Below, in pieces: positions 55,478 to 64,000 of a stretch of 64,000 bases of DNA; within the stretch, counting starts at the first letter, position 1; each line of letters opens with the position of its first letter. Location: positions 32,001 through 96,000 of the forward strand of contig JBILLK010000026.1 of assembly GCA_044376115.1 (NCBI GenBank), written 5' to 3'. This DNA is from Polyangiaceae bacterium. GTDB lineage: Bacteria; Myxococcota_A; Polyangia; Polyangiales; Polyangiaceae. The notes under the pieces are model-generated. The model was not told the origin of the DNA. It made no database searches and saw only the letters and a list, made by a program, of their open reading frames with translations. The translations under genes were made by a program, and so were the position numbers.

Positions 55478-55676
55478 GGAGACCTCCCAAGTAGCCGCGA
55501 GCCCGCGGACAAAGCTTGAGCTACGTACGCCGGCTCTAAGCGATGCCCCCCGTCGCAAAGCTGCTCTTGGGTGGCCAGTGCGCTTCCGGCCCTCGTCCTC
55601 CCAGGTAGTGGTCGAACGCGCCGGCCATGCTCGCCAGCTCCAACAACTTCACTCACGGGGCGGTGCAACGCGCTCC

Positions 55677-55940
55677 CTACCGCCCGCTCACCTCCTGCGC
55701 CGGCACACAATCTCCCGTGGGGATGACCACCGCGCTCGGGCTATCGCCGATCTTGGGTCCGGGTCCCGAGTCGTAGCTCCCGGGCATCGAGCCGTCGGCG
55801 GGCAAGGAGGCTTGCTGCTCGGGGCAGCGCGGCAGACCTTCGCCCGCTGGGTCTTGCGCCGGTCGCGCAGACCGTGACATGCATGCCACAAGCGTGACAT
55901 TGAGCGACAACAGCAAGGCGTAATGGCGGCGCATCAACAT
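55677..55940 (-). CDS. Small putative lipoprotein
   Basis: MRRHYALLLSLNVTLVAC signal/lipobox; GGGAG upstream; short. Confidence 0.5.
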   Translation of the reverse strand: MLMRRHYALLLSLNVTLVACMSRSARPAQDPAGEGLPRCPEQQASLPADGSMPGSYDSGPGPKIGDSPSAVVIPTGDCVPAQEVSGR

Positions 55941-56058
55941 GATGGCTCCCTTTGAGCAAGCCGCGCGCCGCGACTCCCGCTTCGCGCGCCGCGACTCCCC
56001 GCTTCGCGCGCTCGCAGCGAGCCCCATCTTGCTTCGCCCTTCACGCTACCCTCGCCCC

Positions 56059-56607
56059 ATGCATCCTTCTCAGCGACCCACCCTGCGCGCTAGCGGCCTC
56101 CTCGTCGGTGCGGCCTGGTGCACGCTGCTCATACTGGCCTGCAGCGGGAGCCAACAACCGAACGGTAGCGAGCCGCAGCCCTCCACGCGGCTCAGCGCCG
56201 AGCCGCAGTCGAGTGAGCCGCAGCTGGCGACCAACGAGCCCGTACAACCGAAGACCATCGGCCCGGAGACGCTCGAGGAGTGTCGCGCGCTGCTGCCCAA
56301 TTGCACGCGGCTCGAGCTGCGCACCCACTCCATCTGCTACGGCAAAGCACCTCCGGAGACGGCGCCACGATCGCGGCGCTCGTGCGCCTGTCACGATTGC
56401 GACACCGACGCGGATTGCAGCCCCAAAACGCCGCCTACCAAAGGCTTTGGGCCACCCGTGAAGCGCACCATCGCCTGCCGCGAGATCTCTTCGACCTGCG
56501 GCCCCGGCGGTCGCACCTGCCTGAGCGCTTGCGATGAAGGCCGCTGCGGCAACCGAGAACGCTGCGAAGACGGCTTGTGTTGGCCGGTCGAGCAACTCCC
56601 GCCGTAA
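56059..56607 (+). CDS. Cys-rich lipoprotein
   Basis: ILAC lipobox; CACHDCDTDADC...CGNRERCEDGLC. Confidence 0.72.
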   Translation: MHPSQRPTLRASGLLVGAAWCTLLILACSGSQQPNGSEPQPSTRLSAEPQSSEPQLATNEPVQPKTIGPETLEECRALLPNCTRLELRTHSICYGKAPPETAPRSRRSCACHDCDTDADCSPKTPPTKGFGPPVKRTIACREISSTCGPGGRTCLSACDEGRCGNRERCEDGLCWPVEQLPP

Positions 56608-56704
56608 ACGCAACCTGTTCGCGGTTGAGCCCGCTGTTGGTGGTCCCGCAAAGCAACCGCGATCAAGGGTTTCATGAGCCGGGGCTTTGCGCTAAACCTT
56701 AAGC

Positions 56705-57355
56705 ATGCGAGCCCACACCCGAGAAACCCAAGCCTCGATGACCCCACAAAAAGCGCTCGAGTTCCTCCGTGAAGGGAACGCGCGCTTCGTCAACAACTTG
56801 CGGGCGCATCGCAACTTGCTCGAGCAAGTGAATGAGACGCGGGATGGGCAATTTCCTTTTGCCACCATCTTGAGCTGCATCGACAGCCGCACCTCGGCCG
56901 AGCTGATCTTCGACCAAGGCTTGGGTGACATCTTCAGCATCCGCATCGCCGGCAACGTCATCAACGAGGACATCCTCGGCTCGATGGAGTTTTCCTGCAA
57001 AGCCGCTGGCTCGCGGATTCTGTTGGTCCTCGGTCACAGCCAGTGTGGTGCCATCAAAGGCGCTTGCGACGGCGTGCAGCTCGGCAACTTGTCCACCCTC
57101 CTCAACAAGATCCAACCCTCGGTCTACCGCGAACGCTCCGTGACGGAGAACCGCACCTCCAAGAACGCGGAGTTCGTCGAGAAGGTCGCGCAGCTCCAAG
57201 TTCGTCGCTCGGTCGAGCAAGTCGTCGAGCACAGCGTCATACTCCGAGAAATGGTCGAAAAGGGCGAGATCATCCTGATCGGCGCGCACTACTCGGTCGA
57301 GACCGGCGCGGTCGAGTTCCTCGATGACACGATGCTCGGCGCCTCTCCCGCGTGA
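56705..57355 (+). CDS. Beta-class carbonic anhydrase
   Basis: GNARF, LSCIDSR, RIAGN and LGHSQCGA Zn ligands. Confidence 0.95.
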   Translation: MRAHTRETQASMTPQKALEFLREGNARFVNNLRAHRNLLEQVNETRDGQFPFATILSCIDSRTSAELIFDQGLGDIFSIRIAGNVINEDILGSMEFSCKAAGSRILLVLGHSQCGAIKGACDGVQLGNLSTLLNKIQPSVYRERSVTENRTSKNAEFVEKVAQLQVRRSVEQVVEHSVILREMVEKGEIILIGAHYSVETGAVEFLDDTMLGASPA

Positions 57356-57943
57356 CTACGCCGATTGGGCTGGAAGCGCCGAACGAGTGAGCCGCGCGAC
57401 CAGCCCACCAATGAGCGGCAACTGCCACGCCCTCCCCTTGTGGACCGCAGACGCTGCGACCGCCGCCAGGATCGCCCCCAGCACGAACAACAGCGGAACA
57501 AGCACGTAGAGCCCCATGCTTACGGCCATCAGCCATTCGCTATCGGCCCGGCGCTGAGCCGACAACGCCCAACCGATCCGCAGCACCGCAAACAGCAGCG
57601 GGAGAACAAAAGCTGCACCGAAGGACATCGCCTGCAACGCCGCCGCCTGGGCCGCCGCATGCCGAACAAACGGCGCCTTCGCGCTCAGATAAACGAAGCC
57701 AGGACCGACGACCGGAATCAAAAAGAACGCGAGATGCGCCAGCACCGCCGTCGACCGGTCTCCATCGCTAGGCCCAGCCGGCCAAGGCTGCTGCGGCCAG
57801 GCCTGCTGACCGGCGGTCCCGGCGGCGGGATGTGGATGTGGCCAGGCCTGCTGACCGGCGGTCCCGGCGGCGGGATGTGGATGTGGCCAGGCCTGCTGAC
57901 CGGCGGCGGGATGCGGACGAGGTGGAGCTTGATTGGGTTGCAT
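57356..57943 (-). CDS. DUF4870-like membrane protein with repetitive Pro/Gln/His N-terminus
   Basis: DRSTAVLAHL...PFVRHAAAQA...GRAWQLPLIG; three TMs. Confidence 0.8.
   Translation of the reverse strand: MQPNQAPPRPHPAAGQQAWPHPHPAAGTAGQQAWPHPHPAAGTAGQQAWPQQPWPAGPSDGDRSTAVLAHLAFFLIPVVGPGFVYLSAKAPFVRHAAAQAAALQAMSFGAAFVLPLLFAVLRIGWALSAQRRADSEWLMAVSMGLYVLVPLLFVLGAILAAVAASAVHKGRAWQLPLIGGLVARLTRSALPAQSA
57795..57913. repeat. Coding tandem repeat with 45-bp period (PHPHPAAGTAGQQAW)
   Basis: GGCCAGGCCTGCTGACCGGCGG at 57795, 57840 and 57885; the first two units are identical. Confidence 0.9.
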
Positions 57944-58160
57944 GCTTGGATATCGGCCGCCCGAGCGAAACGTGGACACGAAACCGTACGCCCCGGTGCA
58001 CGAGCCGCTCGGTTTACCTGCGCCACCCGTCACAACCGGCGCTCGATGCGACATTAGGCGCCGCGATGGTTTATCGCACGCCCCAATGTCACATCCACGT
58101 CTCTCTCTATTCTCTCTCGCCTCTATCCACCACGTAAGCGAGGCGGGGCCGAGCGTCCCG

Positions 58161-60578
58161 TCAGCGCGTTACAACCACCGTCGGTACGCGCTCATCAAAG
58201 CCGTCGCCGAGGCTCCCGAGCTGACGGTACCCGCGGCAGTGGCGCTCCGTGCCGTTGCGCAAGCCGCACACGGTGCCGTCATTGTTTTCGAGCTGGCTCC
58301 AGCCCGAGGTCAGTTCGATCGCCGGAGAGGCATTGAAGCCGTTATTCGCGCCGTTGTTGACGAAGCAGCCCACAGCCCCTTGGCTATTCAGCGCACAGTA
58401 CGGAAAGCCCGGCCCAACGATGCTCACCCAATCATTGGCCGTACCGGCTTGGAAGGCTGGCGCGATGCCTTGCAACGTACAATGCAATGTACCGTTGGTC
58501 TTTATGCCACATTCACCAAACCCCGTATTGTCCACGAGCGCCCAATCTTGACCGGTCACCTGGACCGGGCTCACACCAGCGTTGACGCCCCAATAATAGA
58601 AGGAACCATCAGTGCGGCGCGCGCCTACCCGATAGTTCCCCATCTCCACCGTATCCCAGCCGCTCAAGGCGACCTTCGTCGGCAGCAGCGCCGGCTGATT
58701 GGTACCGATGCCAAGTTGGCCATATTCGTTGAAGCCCCAACAGTAGAGGTCGCCGTTGGTAGCAACCGCGCAGGTCGCAAGGACGCCCGCCGAGACATGG
58801 CTCCAGCCGGTCACGCCCGGCACCGCCACCACTTGCACCGGCACCGGCGAAGAATCGGTATTGCCGGTACCAAGCTGCCCAAAGCCGTTCCTGCCCCAAC
58901 AGTACAGCTGCTCCGCACGAATGCCGCAGGCGTGAGCATCATATTGGGCGGAGATGGTGACGTCGGTCCAATCACTATCGGCGGTCACCGGCGTAGGCGT
59001 CGCCCGCGGCAAGCCGTCTGGATCGCCGTTGGGTAACGTGCGGCCCCAACACAAGAGCGAGCCGCCCGCGAGACCGCAACCCCCGTACGGCGTGGTCGCA
59101 AGGCGATCGAATTGGTCGTCAATCAGGATCATGGACCCTTGATTGGGCAGTACGCCGCGACCGAGAAGACCGTAGTCATTGCGCCCCCAACAAAGTACCT
59201 CCCCGAGCTCCGATTCGGCACAGCGCGTATCGGCGATTCCACCGATACGGAGTAGACCGACCTCGGTATCCACCTGCACCGGCGCATTCACGTCGGCCAT
59301 TGGCGCCGTGAGGGAGCCGAGCGGGCCTTCGTCGTTTGATCCCCAGCAAAAGCCGCGGCCATCGCTCTTCACGGCGCAGGAGCCGTACTCGTTCGTGGAG
59401 ACCGCGACCCAATCGCTATCGGTGCCGACGCGCGTCGGCTCCACTACATCGTCGAAGTTACCGAGCCCCAGCTGCCCGTCGTAGTTCTCGCCCCAGCAGT
59501 AGAGTTCGCCGTTCGCTTTGAGCGCACACGTATGCGATTCTCCGGCCGCAACGTCAACCCAGGGCCCGACGTCATCGCTAAGCGTTGGAACGCTAAGCAC
59601 CGCATTGGCCACACTCTGAAAGCCCCAACAAAGCAATCGCCCATCCGCTCGCACGGCGCAGGCATGCGCGCCCCCGATCGCGACCTCTAAATAGCTATCG
59701 TTGCCGACAGCGATAGGCGTTGCAACATAGTGCGGCTGGTCATTGCCATCGCCGAGCAGGCCCAGGTTGCCCCAACCAACGCAGTACAGCGTGCCCGCAG
59801 CATCGAGCCCACAGCTCGCGTTGTAGCCCGAGTCTATCGACACCAAGGTATCGGAGTAGAGCTGCGGCTCAAGCGCCGGCTGGGCCGACTGCTCGTCCCC
59901 AAGCGCATAGTAGTAGCCCCAACAATAGAGTGAGCCGCTGCGTCGCCCACAGAAGTTGTCGTACCCAGCGAATAGCTCCTCCCAATCCGAGTCCGTACCA
60001 ATTTGGAACGGCGTCGCGGTCTCGCCCACATCCGCGGAGCCATCGCCGAGCAGACCGTTGCCATCGCTGCCCCAGCAATAGAGCGCGCCATCTCCGGAGA
60101 TGGCACAGGCTGCATCGTAGTTTGTAACCACGCTGCGTAAACCGAAGCCTAAGGTCCAATCAAAGGCCTTGGGCTCGGCCTCCACGTTGCCGGTGGCATC
60201 GGTGGCGCGCACCGAGAGCGAATGGCTACCGAGCGCCAAAGGATCATAGGCGAAGGTAGCCTCGCAGGAGGAGAAGGCCGCCCCGTCGAGGCTACATTCG
60301 AACGTGCAGGCGGCCTCATCGCAGGCGAGCTCAAACGCGCTCGGAACGGCGTTGCTCTGACCGGGTAATGGCGTTTTCACGAAGCTCGTCGTCGGAGCCG
60401 TATCGGCGCCACCGCTGCCGCCACCGCCTTGCATGCCAGCCCCTGCCCCACCGTCGGCTCCGGTCCCACCTTCTCCGCCATTGCCGGAGCCGGCGCTCGC
60501 GCCCGAGCCGCTGTCATCCCCGCAGGCCGCCAACAAAGCGCCTATTCCAAGCATCCACGCGTAGATCGAAGTTCGCAT
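58161..60578 (-). CDS. RCC1/BLIP-II repeat lipoprotein with Ig-like domain
   Basis: LAAC lipobox; FECSLDGAAF...HSLSVRATDATGN; many HTCA...GELYCWGxNxxGQLG repeats. Confidence 0.9.
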   Translation of the reverse strand: MRTSIYAWMLGIGALLAACGDDSGSGASAGSGNGGEGGTGADGGAGAGMQGGGGSGGADTAPTTSFVKTPLPGQSNAVPSAFELACDEAACTFECSLDGAAFSSCEATFAYDPLALGSHSLSVRATDATGNVEAEPKAFDWTLGFGLRSVVTNYDAACAISGDGALYCWGSDGNGLLGDGSADVGETATPFQIGTDSDWEELFAGYDNFCGRRSGSLYCWGYYYALGDEQSAQPALEPQLYSDTLVSIDSGYNASCGLDAAGTLYCVGWGNLGLLGDGNDQPHYVATPIAVGNDSYLEVAIGGAHACAVRADGRLLCWGFQSVANAVLSVPTLSDDVGPWVDVAAGESHTCALKANGELYCWGENYDGQLGLGNFDDVVEPTRVGTDSDWVAVSTNEYGSCAVKSDGRGFCWGSNDEGPLGSLTAPMADVNAPVQVDTEVGLLRIGGIADTRCAESELGEVLCWGRNDYGLLGRGVLPNQGSMILIDDQFDRLATTPYGGCGLAGGSLLCWGRTLPNGDPDGLPRATPTPVTADSDWTDVTISAQYDAHACGIRAEQLYCWGRNGFGQLGTGNTDSSPVPVQVVAVPGVTGWSHVSAGVLATCAVATNGDLYCWGFNEYGQLGIGTNQPALLPTKVALSGWDTVEMGNYRVGARRTDGSFYYWGVNAGVSPVQVTGQDWALVDNTGFGECGIKTNGTLHCTLQGIAPAFQAGTANDWVSIVGPGFPYCALNSQGAVGCFVNNGANNGFNASPAIELTSGWSQLENNDGTVCGLRNGTERHCRGYRQLGSLGDGFDERVPTVVVTR

Positions 60579-60644
60579 AACCGGGCTGTGTCGGCCGGGG
60601 CCAAATCGATCTCCTTTGTTGTGCGCCGGTGCGAAACTGGGCCG

Positions 60645-61964
60645 ATGAAGAGGTGCGTCGGCGGACTCCTGTGGCTTCTCGGGTGCGGCGCCTTTGCCGC
60701 TTGCGCGGCAAGCCCAGGCAACAAGCGAGCCGACGCGGCTGCGAACGGGCCGGGAGCAACCGCGCTGGCCACGACTCCGGCGGGGGCGAGCACGCAACCC
60801 ACCGCCACGGCGGAACAGCCCCTTGCGAGCAACGAGCCGGTCTTGCGCTGGCCTGCACCCCAATTCTTACCGCTCAATGCCAAACAAGTTCCAAGTGGGC
60901 TGCGCGCGATACGCCGGTATCCGTTTCGACTGGTGGAGCGCGAATTCTTCGATGTCGTATGCGGCGACATCGATCCCGAGCGTTTCGCGCTAGAAGCCAT
61001 CCCCGAAGAGCGGGTCCGTGAGCTGGCCCGCGCGCTCTATCTCCCGGAGGCGACACGCGAGGTGCTGCTGTGCCGCAAGGCGCTACGCGAGCGGCTCGAT
61101 GCGGCGGACCCCAGCGCCATAACGGTAACGTTTGAGATCGCAGGCTCGAGCCACGAGACGGTTACCTTCTTACAGCTCCCAGAGTTCGAGTTGCCCGCAA
61201 CCGCCCGCTTCGTTCACGACGCTACCAAGATGAGCGGCCTTAGCGAGGCGCGCTGCCAGTACTTCGAGCTATTCCCCAACAAGCCGTGCACCGAGCTCTC
61301 AGATACGATTGGGCGCTGGCCAGCCGAAGCAGCGCAGGGACAAACGTGGTGGGCCTTTGGTCGGATTGTCGGTTTAAACGAGCTGCTCGCGGCTCAAAAA
61401 GGCACGCAGCCGCACCCGCGTCTCGCGGACCTCAATGCGCTATTGCCGTGTGCGGGCGAGCTCGAGGTCAGTCGCCTCGAATTGCGATTAGCGTCCTCCA
61501 CCCTCGACGACACCGATCAGCTGGTTGCCCGCAGTGGACCGTTGACCCGGCACTGCCAGCGTTACGCTGATACAGCGATAGCACTCGAGGCGCTCGAAAG
61601 AGCGCAGCAGCCCGCAGAGGCTCGGCCCGCGAGCGCGCGCAAAGAAAGCTGTGACACCTGCGCCCCGCTGATGCGAGCCGTGGTGATTGCGGAACGCGAA
61701 GCACGTAACAAGAAGCGTCCGCACGAAACAACATTGCGTGTGGACGGTCGCTTCTTCATTCGCGAGTCGAAGGCGGTTGCGGACCCCGACTATCAGAAGG
61801 CCGACGAAGCGCTCGAGACCGCACGCAACAAGCGCGCTAACTTACTTGCGCCCATCCTCGAACGTTGGCGCGCCGGCCAAGCGCCCAAGCCAGAGGACTT
61901 CAAACCGATCAACGGCGCCGCATACGTCAAACAACTAAAAGAGAAGCTACGCGAGTTGGACTAG
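60645..61964 (+). CDS. Hypothetical lipoprotein
   Basis: MKRCVGGLLWLLGCGAFAAC signal followed by a long open frame. Confidence 0.7.
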   Translation: MKRCVGGLLWLLGCGAFAACAASPGNKRADAAANGPGATALATTPAGASTQPTATAEQPLASNEPVLRWPAPQFLPLNAKQVPSGLRAIRRYPFRLVEREFFDVVCGDIDPERFALEAIPEERVRELARALYLPEATREVLLCRKALRERLDAADPSAITVTFEIAGSSHETVTFLQLPEFELPATARFVHDATKMSGLSEARCQYFELFPNKPCTELSDTIGRWPAEAAQGQTWWAFGRIVGLNELLAAQKGTQPHPRLADLNALLPCAGELEVSRLELRLASSTLDDTDQLVARSGPLTRHCQRYADTAIALEALERAQQPAEARPASARKESCDTCAPLMRAVVIAEREARNKKRPHETTLRVDGRFFIRESKAVADPDYQKADEALETARNKRANLLAPILERWRAGQAPKPEDFKPINGAAYVKQLKEKLRELD

Positions 61965-61968
61965 GTTC

Positions 61969-62129
61969 GCCCCCTCGGTGTGCTCGCTCCACTTCGTTGC
62001 GCTGCGCCACTACTCCCCCAAATCCGGCTTGCTCCACTGCGTTTCGCAGCGCGGATGGGGGAGTCAGCTTACGGGAGGCAGACGGAAGTGTGGAGGCGGT
62101 TATCACACTGACTGGGCTCGCTTGGAGAC
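61969..62129 (+). repeat. Repeat family B, copy 2
   Basis: GCCCCCTCGGTGTGCTCGCTCCAC...CTCCCCCAAATCCG...CGGATGGGGGAG...GACGGAAGTGTGG; starts 4 nt after the upstream stop codon. Confidence 0.88.
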
Positions 62130-62207
62130 AGTGGCTACGGGGTAGTACGGGAGCGGCTTGTGGTTGCTAGGAGGTATTGGCTGCGGGCGCGCAGGCGGCG
62201 CAGGCCT

Positions 62208-62313
62208 TGGGGGATCGGCCACCGAAGTGGACGTTTTGTTGAGTACGGAGACCGATCGGGCGGGGATGGGCGCGTGAATTCAACAAAACGTCCAGTTGGA
62301 GGTCCCATCCTCG
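62208..62313. repeat. Repeat family C, copy 2
   Basis: Perfect 15-bp IR TGGACGTTTTGTTGA (62228-62242) / TCAACAAAACGTCCA (62280-62294) inside a longer imperfect hairpin. Confidence 0.78.
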
Positions 62314-62387
62314 CGTTGGGAGCGCGCGCTACGCGTTGAGCGCCAGCGGGGGCGCGGCTCATCAGGGAGCGGCGCGTAGTGGGGTAT

Positions 62388-63083
62388 CTATTGTGGGGCG
62401 CGGAGGCCGTCTCCGCTCGTCATCCAGCGGAGGGCCTGCTCCAAACGCGCAGGCGCGTCGCTTTCGATGGGCTCGCCGTGGGCGAGGATCACCGTGTTGA
62501 AGGGCCAGGCGAGCAGGGTGCGAGCGCTGCGCGCAGCGAGGCCGCGGTCTTTGACGAAGATGCGCCAGGCGCGGCTCTGGCCGAGCTTGCCGTGACAACC
62601 GACGAGCCAGAGCGTGACGTGGGCGACAAAGCCTTTAGGCGCGGTGATGTGAAAGAGCAGGTCGGTCACGACGACGGTGCGCGAAGGCTCGTGAAAAAAT
62701 GCGAACTCGTCCACCGAGGGTGCGCCCTCGATCTTTGCGACGCGCACGGTGCTCGTGAGTTCCGGCGGTAGCGCGTCCTCGAGGTCGGCGTCGATGCGTA
62801 GGTCGGGCCGCTTGGCGCGGAGAGCACGCGGCGCAAGCACGCGGGCGGCGGGCCAGCGCTCGGCGGCCTCAGCGAGGTAGAGATGGTGCAGTAGGTTGGG
62901 CGCGATCAGGAAGCGGACGGGGCCTTGCTCCTCGACCTGCGCCGCAAGCTCGCTATTCAGGCGGATGGGGGAGACCAGCGCGAGCCCTCCGTCCGCGAGT
63001 GGCAGCGCCGTCATGCGCGTGGGCATGTGGAAGCTGCCGGGGAGCACCTGCGCCATCGGGAACGTCTTGATGCGGTTCGGCAT
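62388..63083 (-). CDS. DUF4336-family (metallo-beta-lactamase-like) protein
   Basis: TRMTALPLADGGLALVSP, IAPNLLHHLYL, EFAFFHEPSRTVVVTDL and ILAHG. Confidence 0.85.
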   Translation of the reverse strand: MPNRIKTFPMAQVLPGSFHMPTRMTALPLADGGLALVSPIRLNSELAAQVEEQGPVRFLIAPNLLHHLYLAEAAERWPAARVLAPRALRAKRPDLRIDADLEDALPPELTSTVRVAKIEGAPSVDEFAFFHEPSRTVVVTDLLFHITAPKGFVAHVTLWLVGCHGKLGQSRAWRIFVKDRGLAARSARTLLAWPFNTVILAHGEPIESDAPARLEQALRWMTSGDGLRAPQ

Positions 63084-63092
63084 GGCTCGATA

Positions 63093-63130
63093 GTCAACCA
63101 CACTTGACCAATTTGTCAAGTAAGCTTGAC
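63093..63130. promoter_or_regulatory. Two tandem GTCAA-N6-TTGAC palindromes, probable MarR operators
   Basis: GTCAAccacacTTGAC (63093-63108) and GTCAAgtaagcTTGAC (63115-63130) in the 54-bp divergent gap. Confidence 0.75.
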
Positions 63131-63137
63131 CATCCCA

Positions 63138-63611
63138 ATGGACCGCGATGAAGCCCGCTACCGAACTCGGCTCGAAGACGCGAAGCGCGCGAGCACGATC
63201 CAGCTGCTCTTCCGCACGGCGCGGATGCTCGATGAGGAGGCGCTGCGGCGCGTCGCTTCGAAGCCAGGCCGGCCCAAGCTCCGGCGTTCGCACACCAGCC
63301 TCTTTCCGCATATCGATCTGGAGGGCACACGGGTGAGCGAGCTAGCGGAGCGGCTGGGCGTTACAAAGCAAGCGGTCTCGCAGCTGGTGGACGACCTCGA
63401 GCAGCAGGGCGTGCTCGAACGGGTGGTCGATCCGGAGGACGCGCGCGCGCGCCGCGTGCGCTTCACGGCGCGCGGTCGCGCAGGGCTGCTGGACGGCCTC
63501 GCGATCTTGAAGGAGCTCGAGGCCGAGTGCGCGAAGGTGATCGGCGCGTCTCAGATGGAGGACCTGCACCGCGCGCTGACTGCGCTCGATGCGCACCTAA
63601 GGACGAAGTAG
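63138..63611 (+). CDS. MarR-family transcriptional regulator
   Basis: VSELAERLGVTKQAVSQLVDDLEQQGVLERVVDPEDARARRVRFTARG. Confidence 0.93.
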   Translation: MDRDEARYRTRLEDAKRASTIQLLFRTARMLDEEALRRVASKPGRPKLRRSHTSLFPHIDLEGTRVSELAERLGVTKQAVSQLVDDLEQQGVLERVVDPEDARARRVRFTARGRAGLLDGLAILKELEAECAKVIGASQMEDLHRALTALDAHLRTK

Positions 63612-63624
63612 ACGGCGGCCGCCA

Positions 63625-64000
63625 TTAAGGCTTTGTGTTCAGCAGCTCGAGCGTGTCGATGATTTGGTAGATCTCGGCGAAGGTGCGGGGGAGCTGCAAG
63701 CCGCAGTTCACCTCGAGCACGCTGCCTTCGGTGTCCACCCAGAGGCGCACGCGCACCGAGCGCTTGTGCAAGGACTCCAGGGTAATGCGACCGTTCTGGC
63801 GCTCGGATGGGTACTTCTGATCGACCTCGATATCATCGTCGTCCTCCTGATTGAGCAGGCCCTTCATGCCGAACTCGGCGGCGTCGCGCAGCGCAGCTTG
63901 GCGTTTGAAGTTCGGATCTTTCGCGGAGGTGTTGGGGTAAAGCACGAGCTGAATCGAGCCGCTGCTGCCTTGCGCGCTGCCCTTCTCGAGATCCACCTTC
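63625..64000 (-). CDS. 3' part of a hypothetical protein running in from the right edge
   Basis: Frame open to the window end; stop at 63625. Confidence 0.6.
   Translation of the reverse strand, partial: KVDLEKGSAQGSSGSIQLVLYPNTSAKDPNFKRQAALRDAAEFGMKGLLNQEDDDDIEVDQKYPSERQNGRITLESLHKRSVRVRLWVDTEGSVLEVNCGLQLPRTFAEIYQIIDTLELLNTKP

Noticed and set aside
55963..56010. Short ~21-bp tandem repeat (GCGCGCCGCGACTCCCGCTTC)
   Set aside because: Only about two copies of low-complexity GC sequence; no function can be supported.

Overview
GC-rich bacterial chromosomal window, most likely a myxobacterium of the Polyangiales type. That inference rests on a MYXO-CTERM protein, many Cys/Gly-rich lipoproteins, Hanks-type kinases with PEGA/TPR partners and a ferritin-like lipoprotein. 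About 50 CDSs are supported. I saw no rRNA, tRNA, CRISPR array, transposase or integrase. Highlights: (1) a frameshifted Rhs polymorphic toxin ending in a Zn-dependent deaminase domain (HSE...PCPNC), with no co-oriented immunity gene; (2) a divergent locus with two sigma-54 promoters that couples a TonB-fused outer-membrane transporter and lipoprotein to ExbB-ExbD-TonB plus an ABC exporter/HlyD adaptor lacking TolC, next to a sensor-less enhancer-binding protein; (3) three small structured repeat families clustered at 24.5-26.3 kb, two of which recur at 62.0-62.3 kb (one with compensatory base changes), plus a diverged duplicate of a gene 3' end; (4) a ~94-bp palindromic insertion splitting an RCC1-like gene; (5) a kinase / surface lipoprotein / TPR-PEGA module that occurs twice; (6) a junction of two gene fragments near 10.98 kb. 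All product calls come from reading motifs by eye, with no database searches. Start codons were chosen by hand and often differ from the supplied ORF track.
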